A program made the translations under genes and the position numbers. This document shows, one piece after another, positions 24,055 to 35,829 of a stretch of DNA of 41,069 nucleotides. This stretch comes from a virus. Numbering within the stretch: the first letter of the stretch is position 1; every line of letters begins with the position of its first letter. The stretch covers positions 1-41,069 of the IMG/VR virus record IMGVR_UViG_3300045988_181040. One strand, written 5' to 3'. The notes below the pieces were generated by a model. It was not told where the DNA came from. It did no database searches and worked only from the letters and a program-made list of their open reading frames with translations.

Positions 24055-27000
24055 TTGAATATTTTTAAATGTCTGACAGAAAAAGAAAATCAGTTGAGAA
24101 AAAAATGGAAGAATTGTCATCGTCCAGAGTTGAAGTCTGCTGCCCAGAAAGCATTTATAGAGGAAGTAGAGCGGTATACAGATATCAGAAGTATTTCACG
24201 TGAGAAGATATATGAAGATAAAGAAGCAAAAGAGGAATTACAGATTGCATTATTTGAAAATGATATTGTACGACTGGAAAAGGAAGATTTGTCAGATGTC
24301 CCATTTATAGATAAAGTTGTATTTTTGGAATGTAAAGGGAAAACAGCGAAACCTATTTTGAAACAGATTATCGATCGAGGAATTGATATTGCAGGGAAGC
24401 ATTTTATTTTTTACAGTAGTTCTACGGGGCAATTGAAAGATCAAGAAATCACATTGCTGGATGCAAAATTTTACGAAGATAATAAGAATCGGTTACTGTG
24501 CGGATTGACAGAAGGAATTATCAATGCTCATGGTGGGATCAATATGGGAAAGTTTTTAGCATATAAGTCTTTGAATTTGTCTATGAGCGTACAGACAGAG
24601 TATGCGGTCGATATTGACGAAGTGTTGGTTGTAAAAGATTTTGAGACTCTTGTGACAGGCAAAGTGAATTACTTGGATGCGGATACCTTTAATATAGAAG
24701 AAACAGAGATGGAAGTTCCTGTTCCTCACATGGATGGAGCAGGGATGTTTATGCCGGGGACACTTCCTTGCAGCTGTCAAATCCGTGGTGGATGGATTAA
24801 AGGAGCAATCTTTCCTTTTGATTTCTGTAAGTTTATTGAAAAGCACTCGTGTGAATCATTTGTTTTAGATGCATGGAATCATCCAGTACCCATAGAAACA
24901 GTCAAACGAATGAAAATTATTTTGACACAGAGTCAATTAAAAATGTGGCAGTATTATGAGTCTATGGATGATTACCGAGACAAATTTAAAGCATCTGGCG
25001 CAGCAATTACAATTAACAATTTTGCAGAACCAGTGGGAAAAGAGTATATCCGTTTGAGTTATCAACCTATTCAGACACTTCCACGGGAAACGTTTACGGA
25101 GGAGAGGATGGAGAAACTTTGCCAAAAATCTGTTGACTATATCAATCAGGCAAAAATAGATCCGGATGTTGCACTCAAGATTATGGGTATTGACATGGAA
25201 AGGGAAGATATAAAGTTAGATGGTTTGCAGATGGCAATCAAATTGTATCCGCAATTGTTATCCGATGGGTATGTAAAAAAGAAAGTGCAGGAGTACATCA
25301 AAGCAGAGCGAAAAAGGATGCAAGCTGGCAAGATTTATGTAAAAGGTATCAACGGCTATATTTGTCCGGATTTGTATGCCTTCTGCCAGTGGCTGTTTTG
25401 TGGCGAAGAGAATCCAAAAGGATTGATACCAGAAAATCATGTCTATAGCAAGCATTATAACGAGCAAGAGATATCAGAAGTGTGCTGTATCCGATATCCT
25501 CACTTGTCTGATTGTGAGCATGGTATTAGGTCATTGATTAAATCAGAGGAATGCAAGGAATGGTTCTCTGGTGATGATATAGTCGTAAGTACGCATGATC
25601 TGCTGACAAAAACACTACAGGCGGATGTGGATGGAGATCATATGTTTGTTATTTCTGATTCTGCATTTTTAGATTGTCTGGGCGAACAGAAAGCACCTTT
25701 GTATTACCAGATGGGTTCTGCGCCTAAATCTCAGATTACAAGGACAGAAGAGTATCAATGTTTGGAGCGCAGCTTTGACAATGAAAATATAGGGAATGTG
25801 TCGAATGCAATTACAAAGATTTTCAATGAAGAAAATCCTGATATCAAATTGATTAGGATTTTATGTGCATATAACAATTATGTGATTGATTTCCCCAAGA
25901 CACAATTGTCTTTGGATTTAAAAGGATATGCGCCGATTTATAATAAGTATAAAGAGCAGGAAATGCTCCCACCATATTTTTTCCAGTATGCCAAAGATAG
26001 AAGAAGCGATCTGTGCTGTGAGTTTCATTCCTATCACAATGTAGATCGGATAGCAGTATATATAAAAAAGAAGACAAGAAATGGAATTACCAAGATTTCA
26101 TGTCTGGACGATATAAACGGTTTTAATCCTGAGACTCTAAAAGATAGAAGTATCACGGTCAAGAGGAATTCTAAAGAATATAAGAAGATGAGAACACTTC
26201 TGCCGAAACTGAAAATGAGAGTATCCTATTATCTAAAGGGGTTAATATCAGAATATAACCAGACATATAATGACAAGATACTTGCGAAAGAATTGATCTA
26301 TATTTTTTGTCTAAAGCAATTTGATAAAATGATTCCGGATCGAAAAGTGGCAGCATCCTATTTGGTGGATATGGAATATTATCAGCCAGAATTTAGAGAA
26401 GATTGTAACAAGGATATCCTTTGGGAGTGCTATGGGGATATTTTAGTTCAAAATGTGGAACTGAACGTGAAACAAAATATAGAACTGCCTTTAAAACGAA
26501 AGGCATACCAGACAAGCCAAGAAAAGACAGAAGAGATTGCACAAAGAATTGAGCAGATCAAGAAGAAGCAGGAAGATTTAATGGAAGTACCGATTGCGAA
26601 AAGTGTTTATGATTCCATATTTAGTATGGAATGTAAAAAGAACTGTCCGAAAGATCGAGAGTTGTTGTATATTTTATATGTTTTGTATCAGAGATACGTC
26701 GCGAAAAGCGAGAAAGAAGTGGATTGTCTTTTGCTGGCAAGTGGCAAAAATAGCAAAGGAATCAAAAGGATAACCATTGATGAATGGATTGGCAGCAAGA
26801 TTACAGATAAAGGATTAAAGAGGTTGGAAAAGGCTGGATACATCAAACAAGAGAAGCTGAGAAAATATATTAAAATTTCTTTTTATTTACCAGATCCAGA
26901 TAAGACTAAACTCTTCTATGCAAAGGAACAAAATCCATTGATTGATCTGTATCAATATAATGGTGAGCGCAGTGTCAAAATCTGTGAAGTGTGTGGAAGG

Positions 27001-27090
27001 AGATTTTTTGCAGAAAGAAATCGGAAAACGTGTAGTGATAAATGTAGTGAGTTGTTGCGTAAAAGAAATGGCAAAAGAGAACAGGTGTAA
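24055..27090 (+). CDS. YonO-like / eukaryote-type-RdRP-like single-subunit two-barrel (DPBB) polymerase with a C-terminal Zn ribbon
   Basis: CCIRYPHLSDCEHGIRSLI...DDIVVST...LQADVDGDHMFVISD parallels RdRP NPCLHPGD..DLDGDxYFVxWD and beta-prime NADFDGDQMAV. Upstream blocks GKHFIFYSSSTGQLKD, HMDGAGMF and CQIRGGWIKGAIFPFD are also present. The C-terminus has CEVCGRRF..CSDKC. TTG 24055 has no RBS; the true start may be ATT/ATA at 24004-24010, after GGGAG (23997-24001). Confidence 0.75.
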   Translation: MNIFKCLTEKENQLRKKWKNCHRPELKSAAQKAFIEEVERYTDIRSISREKIYEDKEAKEELQIALFENDIVRLEKEDLSDVPFIDKVVFLECKGKTAKPILKQIIDRGIDIAGKHFIFYSSSTGQLKDQEITLLDAKFYEDNKNRLLCGLTEGIINAHGGINMGKFLAYKSLNLSMSVQTEYAVDIDEVLVVKDFETLVTGKVNYLDADTFNIEETEMEVPVPHMDGAGMFMPGTLPCSCQIRGGWIKGAIFPFDFCKFIEKHSCESFVLDAWNHPVPIETVKRMKIILTQSQLKMWQYYESMDDYRDKFKASGAAITINNFAEPVGKEYIRLSYQPIQTLPRETFTEERMEKLCQKSVDYINQAKIDPDVALKIMGIDMEREDIKLDGLQMAIKLYPQLLSDGYVKKKVQEYIKAERKRMQAGKIYVKGINGYICPDLYAFCQWLFCGEENPKGLIPENHVYSKHYNEQEISEVCCIRYPHLSDCEHGIRSLIKSEECKEWFSGDDIVVSTHDLLTKTLQADVDGDHMFVISDSAFLDCLGEQKAPLYYQMGSAPKSQITRTEEYQCLERSFDNENIGNVSNAITKIFNEENPDIKLIRILCAYNNYVIDFPKTQLSLDLKGYAPIYNKYKEQEMLPPYFFQYAKDRRSDLCCEFHSYHNVDRIAVYIKKKTRNGITKISCLDDINGFNPETLKDRSITVKRNSKEYKKMRTLLPKLKMRVSYYLKGLISEYNQTYNDKILAKELIYIFCLKQFDKMIPDRKVAASYLVDMEYYQPEFREDCNKDILWECYGDILVQNVELNVKQNIELPLKRKAYQTSQEKTEEIAQRIEQIKKKQEDLMEVPIAKSVYDSIFSMECKKNCPKDRELLYILYVLYQRYVAKSEKEVDCLLLASGKNSKGIKRITIDEWIGSKITDKGLKRLEKAGYIKQEKLRKYIKISFYLPDPDKTKLFYAKEQNPLIDLYQYNGERSVKICEVCGRRFFAERNRKTCSDKCSELLRKRNGKREQV

Positions 27091-27163
27091 CTTACTGAGC
27101 TAGAAAAGTGGTGGATGTCAGTTATATTACAAATAGAACATATGGAGTTTTGAAAAATTTTAT

Positions 27164-27209
27164 GGGTGCAGAGTATCCTTTATTTTATGGGGGTTCTGCA
27201 CCCGTTTTC
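27164..27209 (+). terminator. Intrinsic terminator after the polymerase gene
   Basis: gggtgcaga (27164-27172) pairs with tctgcaccc (27195-27203), followed by gttttc. Confidence 0.65.
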
Positions 27210-27295
27210 AAAAAAGCGAGGATATCTATAGGGAGAAAAACATCATAATTTTATGATATATTTATCCAAGAAAAGAGAAGTAGGAGGACATAAAA

Positions 27296-27532
27296 ATGGA
27301 CATCAGAGAAGTGGTAAAAATGTATTTGTCTGTGAATGGAATTACAATCACGCATTTTTCCAAGTGTATTGGTAGGAATTATGCGGTTGTGAATAAATGG
27401 TTGAATGGGAATCCGGAAATTAAAATGAAGGAAGATACCATGAAAAGGATTTATGCGTTCCTGAGTGGAAAGTACTATCTGACAGTCGATGAAGCAATTG
27501 AGACAGGGGGTGATGAGAAAACGTGCAAGTAA
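27296..27532 (+). CDS. Small HTH-like protein
   Basis: 78 aa. GITITHFSKCIGRNYAVVNKWLNG is HTH-like. Strong RBS taggagga. Confidence 0.65.
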   Translation: MDIREVVKMYLSVNGITITHFSKCIGRNYAVVNKWLNGNPEIKMKEDTMKRIYAFLSGKYYLTVDEAIETGGDEKTCK

Positions 27533-27669
27533 ATCTGACAGAAGATGAGATTTTGTATTTACGCAAACTCTTATTGAAACAAAAATATAAAGAAGAACAG
27601 GTAAACAATCTATATTTAATCAAATCTATTTTAAAATCTATCGGACTGGATACAGAGCTATTCAGTTAA
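27523..27669 (+). CDS. Small hypothetical protein (48 aa, GTG start), absent from the ORF track
   Basis: GTG 27523 lies 9 nt after gggggtga. Hand translation: VQVNLTEDEILYLRKLLLKQKYKEEQVNNLYLIKSILKSIGLDTELFS. Confidence 0.4.
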   Translation: MQVNLTEDEILYLRKLLLKQKYKEEQVNNLYLIKSILKSIGLDTELFS

Positions 27670-27730
27670 TTCACGATGTGACAATCTGTCACAGAACAAT
27701 CCTATTTAATAAAATAATAAGGAGTAAGTA

Positions 27731-28126
27731 TTGGAACAAAACAATTTTGATAAATATGTAATGTGTCTGGAACAAATGACACAAGAGAAAAAAGAGGTAT
27801 GTGAAAAAACTGTTCAGGCAATTTATGATAAATGGACAGGCTATTTTGCAGGTAATGACTCTGGACAGCAGAGATTAGAAAACATAGAGGCGTTATTGGA
27901 ACAAACAAGGATCCGTATTTTTGATGAAAATGATATGCCAAAAACAGGAGAGCAATTGCTTGAGGAAATGACAGATACATGGGACGAGATGACAACAATG
28001 GAACGCACTATATTAGGGATTGTCTTTGCTGGAACAGGGATAGGAGATGCAAAGAAGTTTCATTTGCTGATGAGAAATTATAAATTATTCAAACAGGAGG
28101 AAATGTTAAATGGTAAATGTAAATGA
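27731..28126 (+). CDS. Hypothetical protein (first gene of the tail-proximal block)
   Basis: TTG start 6 nt after aaggag. 131 aa. Confidence 0.6.
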   Translation: MEQNNFDKYVMCLEQMTQEKKEVCEKTVQAIYDKWTGYFAGNDSGQQRLENIEALLEQTRIRIFDENDMPKTGEQLLEEMTDTWDEMTTMERTILGIVFAGTGIGDAKKFHLLMRNYKLFKQEEMLNGKCK

Positions 28127-28679
28127 GTTAAAAATTGGGGAATTTTATAAATTCATCATAGAGGAAGTAGTGGACGAAGAGAAAAAAATAGTGGATGTCA
28201 TGGAAATAGTAGGATATTATACAGGGCAAGTTATTATCGAGGATAAACAGATTTTGATTGTAAACATACCAAAAACAATAGTTGACAGTGTTGCATATTT
28301 AGATACAAGTAAAGTTGCTAAAGCATATCAATATTCCATATCTGGAGATAATGTCATGGAATACAAAATCAATGATAATAGATTGGAAAAGTTAGGATTT
28401 GGATGCAATGTAGATGTAAAAGAAATCCAGGGATATATTGTAGACTATTGGGAAAAGTTAGATGATGCGTCCAGATCATTTTTGTTAGATGAAGTACTAT
28501 ATGTGCAAAATACAAATGGCTTAAAAACATTAGTTAGTCACATGATGGACAGTCAAAAGGTTATTGATAAATTAGCGGAAGAAAAAAGAGAGGCAGAGAA
28601 GAAAAATGTTGCAGAAGCAATTGGCGCACTATTTGGGATGGCACTTGTTGGAAGCGCATTAAGTAAGATCGAGAAATAG
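28110..28679 (+). CDS. Hypothetical protein with a C-terminal hydrophobic segment
   Basis: RBS aggagg 9 nt upstream. AIGALFGMALVGSALS lies at the C-terminus. Confidence 0.65.
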   Translation: MVNVNELKIGEFYKFIIEEVVDEEKKIVDVMEIVGYYTGQVIIEDKQILIVNIPKTIVDSVAYLDTSKVAKAYQYSISGDNVMEYKINDNRLEKLGFGCNVDVKEIQGYIVDYWEKLDDASRSFLLDEVLYVQNTNGLKTLVSHMMDSQKVIDKLAEEKREAEKKNVAEAIGALFGMALVGSALSKIEK

Positions 28680-28681
28680 AT

Positions 28682-29071
28682 ATGGCGACATTTCGTAGTT
28701 TTTCAGATTTGGAACAGCAGCTAATCAAGGATGTCAGGTTGGCTGCTGAGTCTGCCAGAAATGAAATAGATAAGGAATTGCAGGATAATGTTATGGACTA
28801 TTATGGTTTTGGAAATCCAGTGAAATATGAAAGAACAGGCACATTATTAGAATCCCCTAATACCACTCCTGTCTCTGGGGGTGGAAATCATTTTACATTT
28901 GAGTCTTATCTGGATGAAAATATTTCATATCATACAGGAACATTTTCTGGAGCGGAAGTAATTGACGCAACAGAGCAAGGACATTCAGGAACACTCGGTA
29001 AACACGGATATTTTAAGAGGACGGAAGAAGCTGTTCCTAAAATTTTGGAAAAAATATTTAGTCAATTATAA
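28682..29071 (+). CDS. Hypothetical protein immediately upstream of the tape measure gene
   Basis: 129 aa, translationally coupled to its neighbours. No family recognised. Confidence 0.6.
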   Translation: MATFRSFSDLEQQLIKDVRLAAESARNEIDKELQDNVMDYYGFGNPVKYERTGTLLESPNTTPVSGGGNHFTFESYLDENISYHTGTFSGAEVIDATEQGHSGTLGKHGYFKRTEEAVPKILEKIFSQL

Positions 29072-29080
29072 GGAGGGCAT

Positions 29081-32000
29081 ATGTCGGATCATAAAATAAA
29101 AGTTGATGTAGAGTTGGACACGTCCAAAGCAAAAAAGCAATTGGATGATTTGACCAAGCAGAAACAAAAAGTGAAAATTGATGTGGATGCGTCAAAATTA
29201 AAAGCAGCATCCAAAGAAATTGAGGATATTGGGAAAAATAATAACCAGAAAATCAAGTTGGATGTCAATACGTCAGAATTGGATACTGCTGTAAAAAAGA
29301 TTAACAATCTAAAGCAGAGTAAAATCAATATCAATGCAAATGTAGAGGGTACAAATTCTGTAGATAATATGGCAAAAAGCTATGATACAGCAAAGAAAAG
29401 CGCGCAGGGATTAGGAACATCTATAAAAGAATTGGCAAAGTTAGGGTTGTCATTCCAGACGATCGAACAATCTGCAAGAGCAGCTGTAGAAGCAATTTCG
29501 GACATTGATAATGCTATTTTGGATTTGCAGATGGCTACAGGAGATAGTTATTCTGAAGTCAGAAATATGGTCAGTGGATATAATGACATGGCAAAATCTC
29601 TTGGGGCGATTACAACAGAGGTTACATCCGGCGCTGATACATGGTTGAGAAGTGGTAAGTCACTGGCAGAGACAAATATGTTGATTAAAGATACCATGGT
29701 ACTCAGTAAAAATGCCAAGATGTCTTCTGAGGATAGTTCTAAAGTGCTGACCGCAACTTTAAATGGATTCCAGTTGGCAGCAGATCAGGCAAGTCACGTA
29801 AATGATATTTTATCGAGCATTGATTTGGAATCTTCATCGGATGCGGAAGGCATCGGTACAGCATTAACCAAAACAGCATCTATGGCACATAATGCTGGAT
29901 TATCGCTGGAAAAGACTGCTGCCTCAATTGCCACGATTAAAGAAGTTACGCAGGATTCTGATGAATCAATTGGTAATGCGCTGAAATCCATGTTATCACG
30001 CATGAATCAGATTAAAGCTGGTAAGTTTATTGATGCGGAGACGGGAGAAGCCTTAAATGATACGGAAAAGGTGTTAAAAGCAGTTGGCATCAATATGAGA
30101 GATGTAAATGGTCAATTTCTGGATGCAGAAACCATAATTGATAATGTTGGGAAGAAGTGGTTAATGTTTGATAAAAACACGCAAAAAGCGATTGCCACTG
30201 CGATGGGTGGAACCTATCAATATAACAAATTGATTTCTTTATTTGATAATTATGATAAAGTACTCTCTTTGACAGGAACAGCACAGAATTCCAGCGGAAT
30301 GGCAATGAAGAAGTTTAATGATGCATACTTAAATTCCCTGGAGGCAAAAAAGAAGAGTCTGCAGGCATCATTTGAGTCTTTATCCATGAATTTGATTAGT
30401 AAAGAATCTATTTCTGGAATCTTGGAAGCATCGCAGTCAGTGGTAGAGTTTCTGGATAAAACAAGCCTGTTAAAGACTGCGTTGACTGGCTTGGCAGTTG
30501 GTGGTGCAATCAAAGGCTTCACAATGTTGACAACATCTATTACGCAAGCAGCTATGAAAATGCAAAATTTCAGCAACGCAATGAGTTTATTGAAAACAGG
30601 TAATATCGGTACAGATGGTGTAAAACAGTTGACCACCTTGGTAGATGGATTATCTAAAAGTCAATTAAAGGCAGTGCTGTCTTCACAAAATTTAACCAAT
30701 GCTCAAAGAATGCAAATCTTACAGAGTACCGGACTGAGCGAAGCACAAGCTGCTGCAAAATTATCTACTATGGGATTGGCTACGGCAGAAGGAGCAGCAA
30801 CAGCAACAACGGTCACATTTAGTGGTGCATTAAAGGGACTCTGGGCAACGTTGATGGCAAATCCGATTGTCTTGATTACCACAGCATTAACAGCAGGTAT
30901 TTCTATCTGGAATGCATATCAGCAGTCTGTAGAAGAAACCATTCAGACAGCCAAAGATGCATCGAATGCATGGAAAGAATCTACATCCAGTCTGGATGAA
31001 CAAATCTCCAAATATAAAGAATTAAAAGCAAAATTAGCTTCTGGTGATTTAACTGAATCGGAAGAGTATAGCGTTAAGCAACAAATCTTAGAAATTCAAA
31101 ATCAGATTACTTCTCAATATCCAGAACAGGCAGCAGGAGTGGATCTGGTCAATGGAAACCTTCAGACACAGCTTGGTTTGTTACAGCAGATTGCAGTTGA
31201 AAATGCAAAGTCTACATTGAATGAAAACAGAAAAGAATTTCAAGATGTAGAAAAGGCAATGACGAAGAAGAGACACTATAGTCTTGGTGATACAGGTGTT
31301 ACGAATGAAATCGAAGGTGTGGGGAAAGACATCTATGATATCGCAAAGGAATTTGAAAAGCAGGGAATTACTTTACAGGATACAGGGATGAACACCGGGA
31401 TATTTACAATCTCATTTGATGGGGATGCATCCAAAGCGGATAAAGTTATCAATGACTTTATGAATCGTGTATCTGCATTACAGTCGGAATATGAAGAACA
31501 GGATTTTGCGACAGGGAAAATAGAATCTGTTCTGAATTACTCAAGTAAAGCATTAAGTGCAAATAAGAAGGTTTTGGACGATTATCAAGAGAGTTATCAG
31601 ACATTCTTGCAGATGGATATGGTAGCAAATGAAAAGATGTTTTCTGTAGATTACGATAAATCCAAGAAATCTTACGGTCAATTATATGAAGATTATGCAG
31701 ATGCAGTAGAGAAATATAATGAAGCGTTATCAAGTGGGGATACCTCTAAAATTGAAGAAGCAAAGACATCATTTGAAGGAGTGCAAAAGGCAGTTGATTC
31801 CGTTGTTGGAAGTGATAATAAGTACACTTCAGTTTTTGAAGGTGTGACAGATCAACTGGCGAAAGCATCCATTGCAGCAAATGAATTTAAGAAAGTTTTG
31901 GGAAAAGACGGAACGGATGAAGTGCCTAAAGGCTTTGAATCTTCTGCAAAAACTTATGCAAATAACATCAAACGTCTTGGACTTAGTGATCTGGACTTCC

Positions 32001-35000
32001 AGATTGCATTAGACACAGAAGGTTCACAAAAAGGTGAAGTTGCTATCCAGGCATTGACACAGGCTGCTTTGGATATGGGGTTGATTGCCGGGACATCTTC
32101 GGAAGAAGTACAACCTTTGTTGGATGTACTGGTGGAATTAGGAGTTATTTCTACACAAACCGGAGACAATGTAGAAGAATCTGCAAAATCATTTGAAGAG
32201 TTAGCAAATTCCACACAGACAACGTTGAAGACGATTTCAGCAGTATCGGAAGCGTTGGAGGGACAGTCTACAGGAAAATCCATTGATGTGGAAACATTTA
32301 ATTCAGAAGAATTAAGAGAATATCAATCTGCATTAGAATATGTAAATGGTACAATGCGTTTAAATGAAGAACGGGTAGCAGAAATTACACAGGCAAAAGC
32401 AGAAGAAGCGGTTGCAACGAACAATGCAAACAAAGCACAGAAGCAATCAGAGTATTTGAAAAATGCCGGGGAAATTGAACAGCTAAGAGAAAAGCTGAAA
32501 TCTTTAAATGAGGGAACAGATGCTTATACTCAAACAAAATCAGAATTGGATTCTTTAATGTCTGCAAATTCTGCAATTGCAGCAGAGTGTCAACAGTATG
32601 ATTTGCTTACATCTGCAATCAAAGAGGCAACAGGTGCGTATCAAAACTGGCTGGATAAACAAGATACAACAGAATCTGGAGATATGTTTGATGCTTCTTT
32701 GGATGCAATGCAGGCGATTTCAGATGTAGCGGATCCGAATTCTGAAGATTATGGAAGAGTTGGAACAAAAAGATATGAGGCAGCAGTAGATTTCATTGTG
32801 CCAGAATCTATTAACCATGAAGATGAACAGGCTGTTCAAAATTATATGAATAGCATCGGTGAATATTTTAACTATGACGAAAATGGTCAGAGAGTTGGAA
32901 TGGATGTTGCTCAATTTTGTAGCAATGCTGTTAATGCTGGTCTGATGAATGTAGAAACAGATGTCAACGGGAAAGAAATCTTTAATCTTGCCGATGGAAT
33001 TAAGATGGAAGACTTTGAAGAAAAGTTGAATCTCTCAAAATCTATGGTACAGGCAATGTTTGGAGAAATGGAAGAGTTTGGCGGTAAGTTTGACTGGGCG
33101 GATGAAGCAGTACAAACAGTTGGAGATTTAGGTGTGAAAGCCTATGAATCAGCAAATGCATTACAAAGTTTGAAAGAAAATGAAAATCTGGATATTAAAA
33201 TGGATGTATCTGGAATTGAAGATATAGAGGGCAAGATTACAACACTGGATAGCACAATTGCCCAAATGAATGAGATAAAAGCACGTCCGGATGTTGATGC
33301 TTCTTCCATTGAGAATGCGAATAATATTATTCAGTATTGTATCGCGCAGAAGCAGCAGTTGACCAACCCTGTGATTATGAATGTAGACACGTCACAAGTA
33401 GAAGGAGAGATAGCGAATGTTCTTGCAAAATTGCAGGAATTTCAAAATGCGAAAAATGAATTGGATATGCAAGCATCTGTTGGTGCTGACACATCAGAAG
33501 CCCAGGCAAAAGTAAATTCTCTTGCTTCTGAAATTCAAGCAATGCAACCTACAATTCAGGCAAAGGTTAGTGGTAGTTTTGACGCATCATCTATTGAAAG
33601 CATCGTGTCTAGTATTAGTGCAATTACACCAGAGATGTTGGTGAAATGTGGAGTGAATGATACTGCAATTCAAAATTACACACCAGAGAACAAAGATGCA
33701 ACAGTTACATATCATCTAAATTCTACAGCAGTAGATAATTATAATCCGTCTAATTTGCAGAGAACAGTAACTTATAATGTTATAACGAATGGTTCTGCGC
33801 CCAAAGTAAATGGAACTGCTCATGTAGAAGGAACAGCGCAAGTACATCGTAGGATTCATAAAGCTCTTGCAAATGGAGAGTGGGGAGTTCAGAATGATGA
33901 AGTTGCTTTAACTGGAGAGATTGGTCGTGAGCTAGTTGTCTCCGGGAACAGGTGGTGGACAGTTGGTGATAGAGGGGCTGAATTTGCTCATATTCCAAAG
34001 AATGCAATTGTTTTTAATCATAAACAAACGGAAGAAATCTTTAAAAATGGATATGTAACCTCTAATGGTGGAAGAGGGAAAGCCTATGCATCTGGTACAG
34101 CATATGTGACAGGAAGTATTGGTGTCAATAATGCGAACAAAAATGTAGCAGGTTTATCCAACACTACTTCCAACAATCTCAACTCCGCATCAAATAATCT
34201 TGCCAAAGCTGCTTCTGATACTTCTAAAGCAGCATCAGACACATCAGAAGCTGCCGAGAAATTATCAGAAGCAGTATCCGGATACACGGACTGGGCTGAG
34301 GTGTTATTCAAACGCTTAGAATCACAGTATGATTTGCTGATGAGTCAAATGGAGCGTATCGCACATCTCCCAGACAAGCAACAGAAACTGTATGAGGCAA
34401 TGTCTAAGAACAGTGAACTACTGAATAGGACTCAGCAAGCAATTGGGACTTATCAAAGTCATTTTGATTCTATTGTGCGACAGAGTGGAATAAACCCACT
34501 TATCGTCCATCAGATTCAGAACGGTTCTCTGGATATCTCAAAATATGACCAGGATACTCAAAAAATAATCAGCGAGTTGCAGTCTTATTATGATAAGCTC
34601 GTAGATTGTAATAAACAGTACGATGACCTCTTAAATAAACAGAGTGAACTGGCGCAGACAGCATTGGATAATATTGAAGATTACATCGATATGATGACTG
34701 GAATTGAGTCCTCTGCTGTAGATTATCAGGAGGCATTACGTGAGTTAGCAGCTGCAAAAGGAGAATCTGCATATTCCGATAATATGTATGGCTCTCTGCA
34801 AGAATCTATTAAAAATCAACAGGACGTTGCCGGTAAATTACAGTCACAGATTAAATCATATCAAGATGAAATCAATAAACTCATGGCAAATGGGTATATG
34901 GCTGAATACTCAACGGAATGGTTTGAAGCTCAAGCTGCATTAAACGGATTCAGACAAGAAGCTGCTGAAGCTGAGAAAACACTGATTGAATTACAAGATC

Positions 35001-35829
35001 AGTTAAGAGAACTTGATTTACTGAAACTGCAACAGGTTATTGATGAGTTAGACAGAACTGCAAAACGACTGGAAAACAATTCTGACCTTACAGAATCAAA
35101 AGGTGAACAGGTATCTGAAAAAGATTTACAGGCACAGCTTGACAATGCAAATGCACAGATTCAGGCAAATTACGATAAGCGGAATGAACTATTAAAGGAT
35201 CAGGCAAAATATGATGTCGGTTCTGACAAATATAATGAATATGCAGAAGAGATAGAAAAGCTCGATGACGCTATCTTTGATGCAATGGAGAACATTGAAG
35301 ACCTCAAAAATAAAATCTGGGAAGTAAGATGGCAACCGTTCTTTGATGGACAGGAAGCATTAGGTGATCTGATTGACCAGACAGATGATTTAAGAGGACT
35401 TTTAAATAGTGATGCTTTTCTTGGGAAAAATGGTGGATTAACACTTGATGGTATTGCAAATATTGCTCTGATTAGTCAGGGTATGAATGCTGCGAAACAA
35501 CAGATTTCTAATTACAGAAAAGCTCTTGAGAAATTACAACAGGACTTAGACAACGGCAATATTTCCACACAAGAATTTGAAGAGTCTTCAAAGAAGTTTA
35601 TGGATGAGATTGCTTCAAGTACCTCAAAAATCGAATCTTATAAAGACGAGATCGTTTCTCTTTACACTAATATGTTAGAGAAGGAAAACGAAGTAGTCCA
35701 AACTAGCATTAAAAATCAAAAGGATTTGTTAAGCTCTAAAAAAGAGAATGATGACTACGACAGAAATGTAAGAAAGAAAACTAAAAATATCAATTCTATC
35801 CAGGCACAGATTGCAGCTTTGGAAGGGGT
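29081..35829 (+). CDS. Tail tape measure protein, exon 1 (TP901-family core); joins 37818..39231 after intron removal
   Basis: RBS taaggaggg. The TP901-type TMP core runs ILDLQMATGDSY...GADTWLRSGK...SKVLTATLNGF...IGTALTKTASMAHNAGLSLE...IGNALKSMLSRM. TM-like segments and long coiled coils are present. The apparent stop at 35834 lies inside the intron. Confidence 0.85.

Noticed and set aside
28100-28130. A programmed frameshift (tail chaperone G/GT-like) at the 27731/28110 ORF overlap.
   Set aside because: The downstream ORF has its own AGGAGG + ATG, and no slippery heptamer is visible in the overlap. Ordinary translational coupling explains it.
29089-34772. Numerous 60-130-aa antisense ORFs inside the tape measure gene, e.g. 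30250..30636 and 31954..32283.
   Set aside because: They are embedded in a long, well-supported sense CDS and have no RBS. They are typical shadow ORFs.
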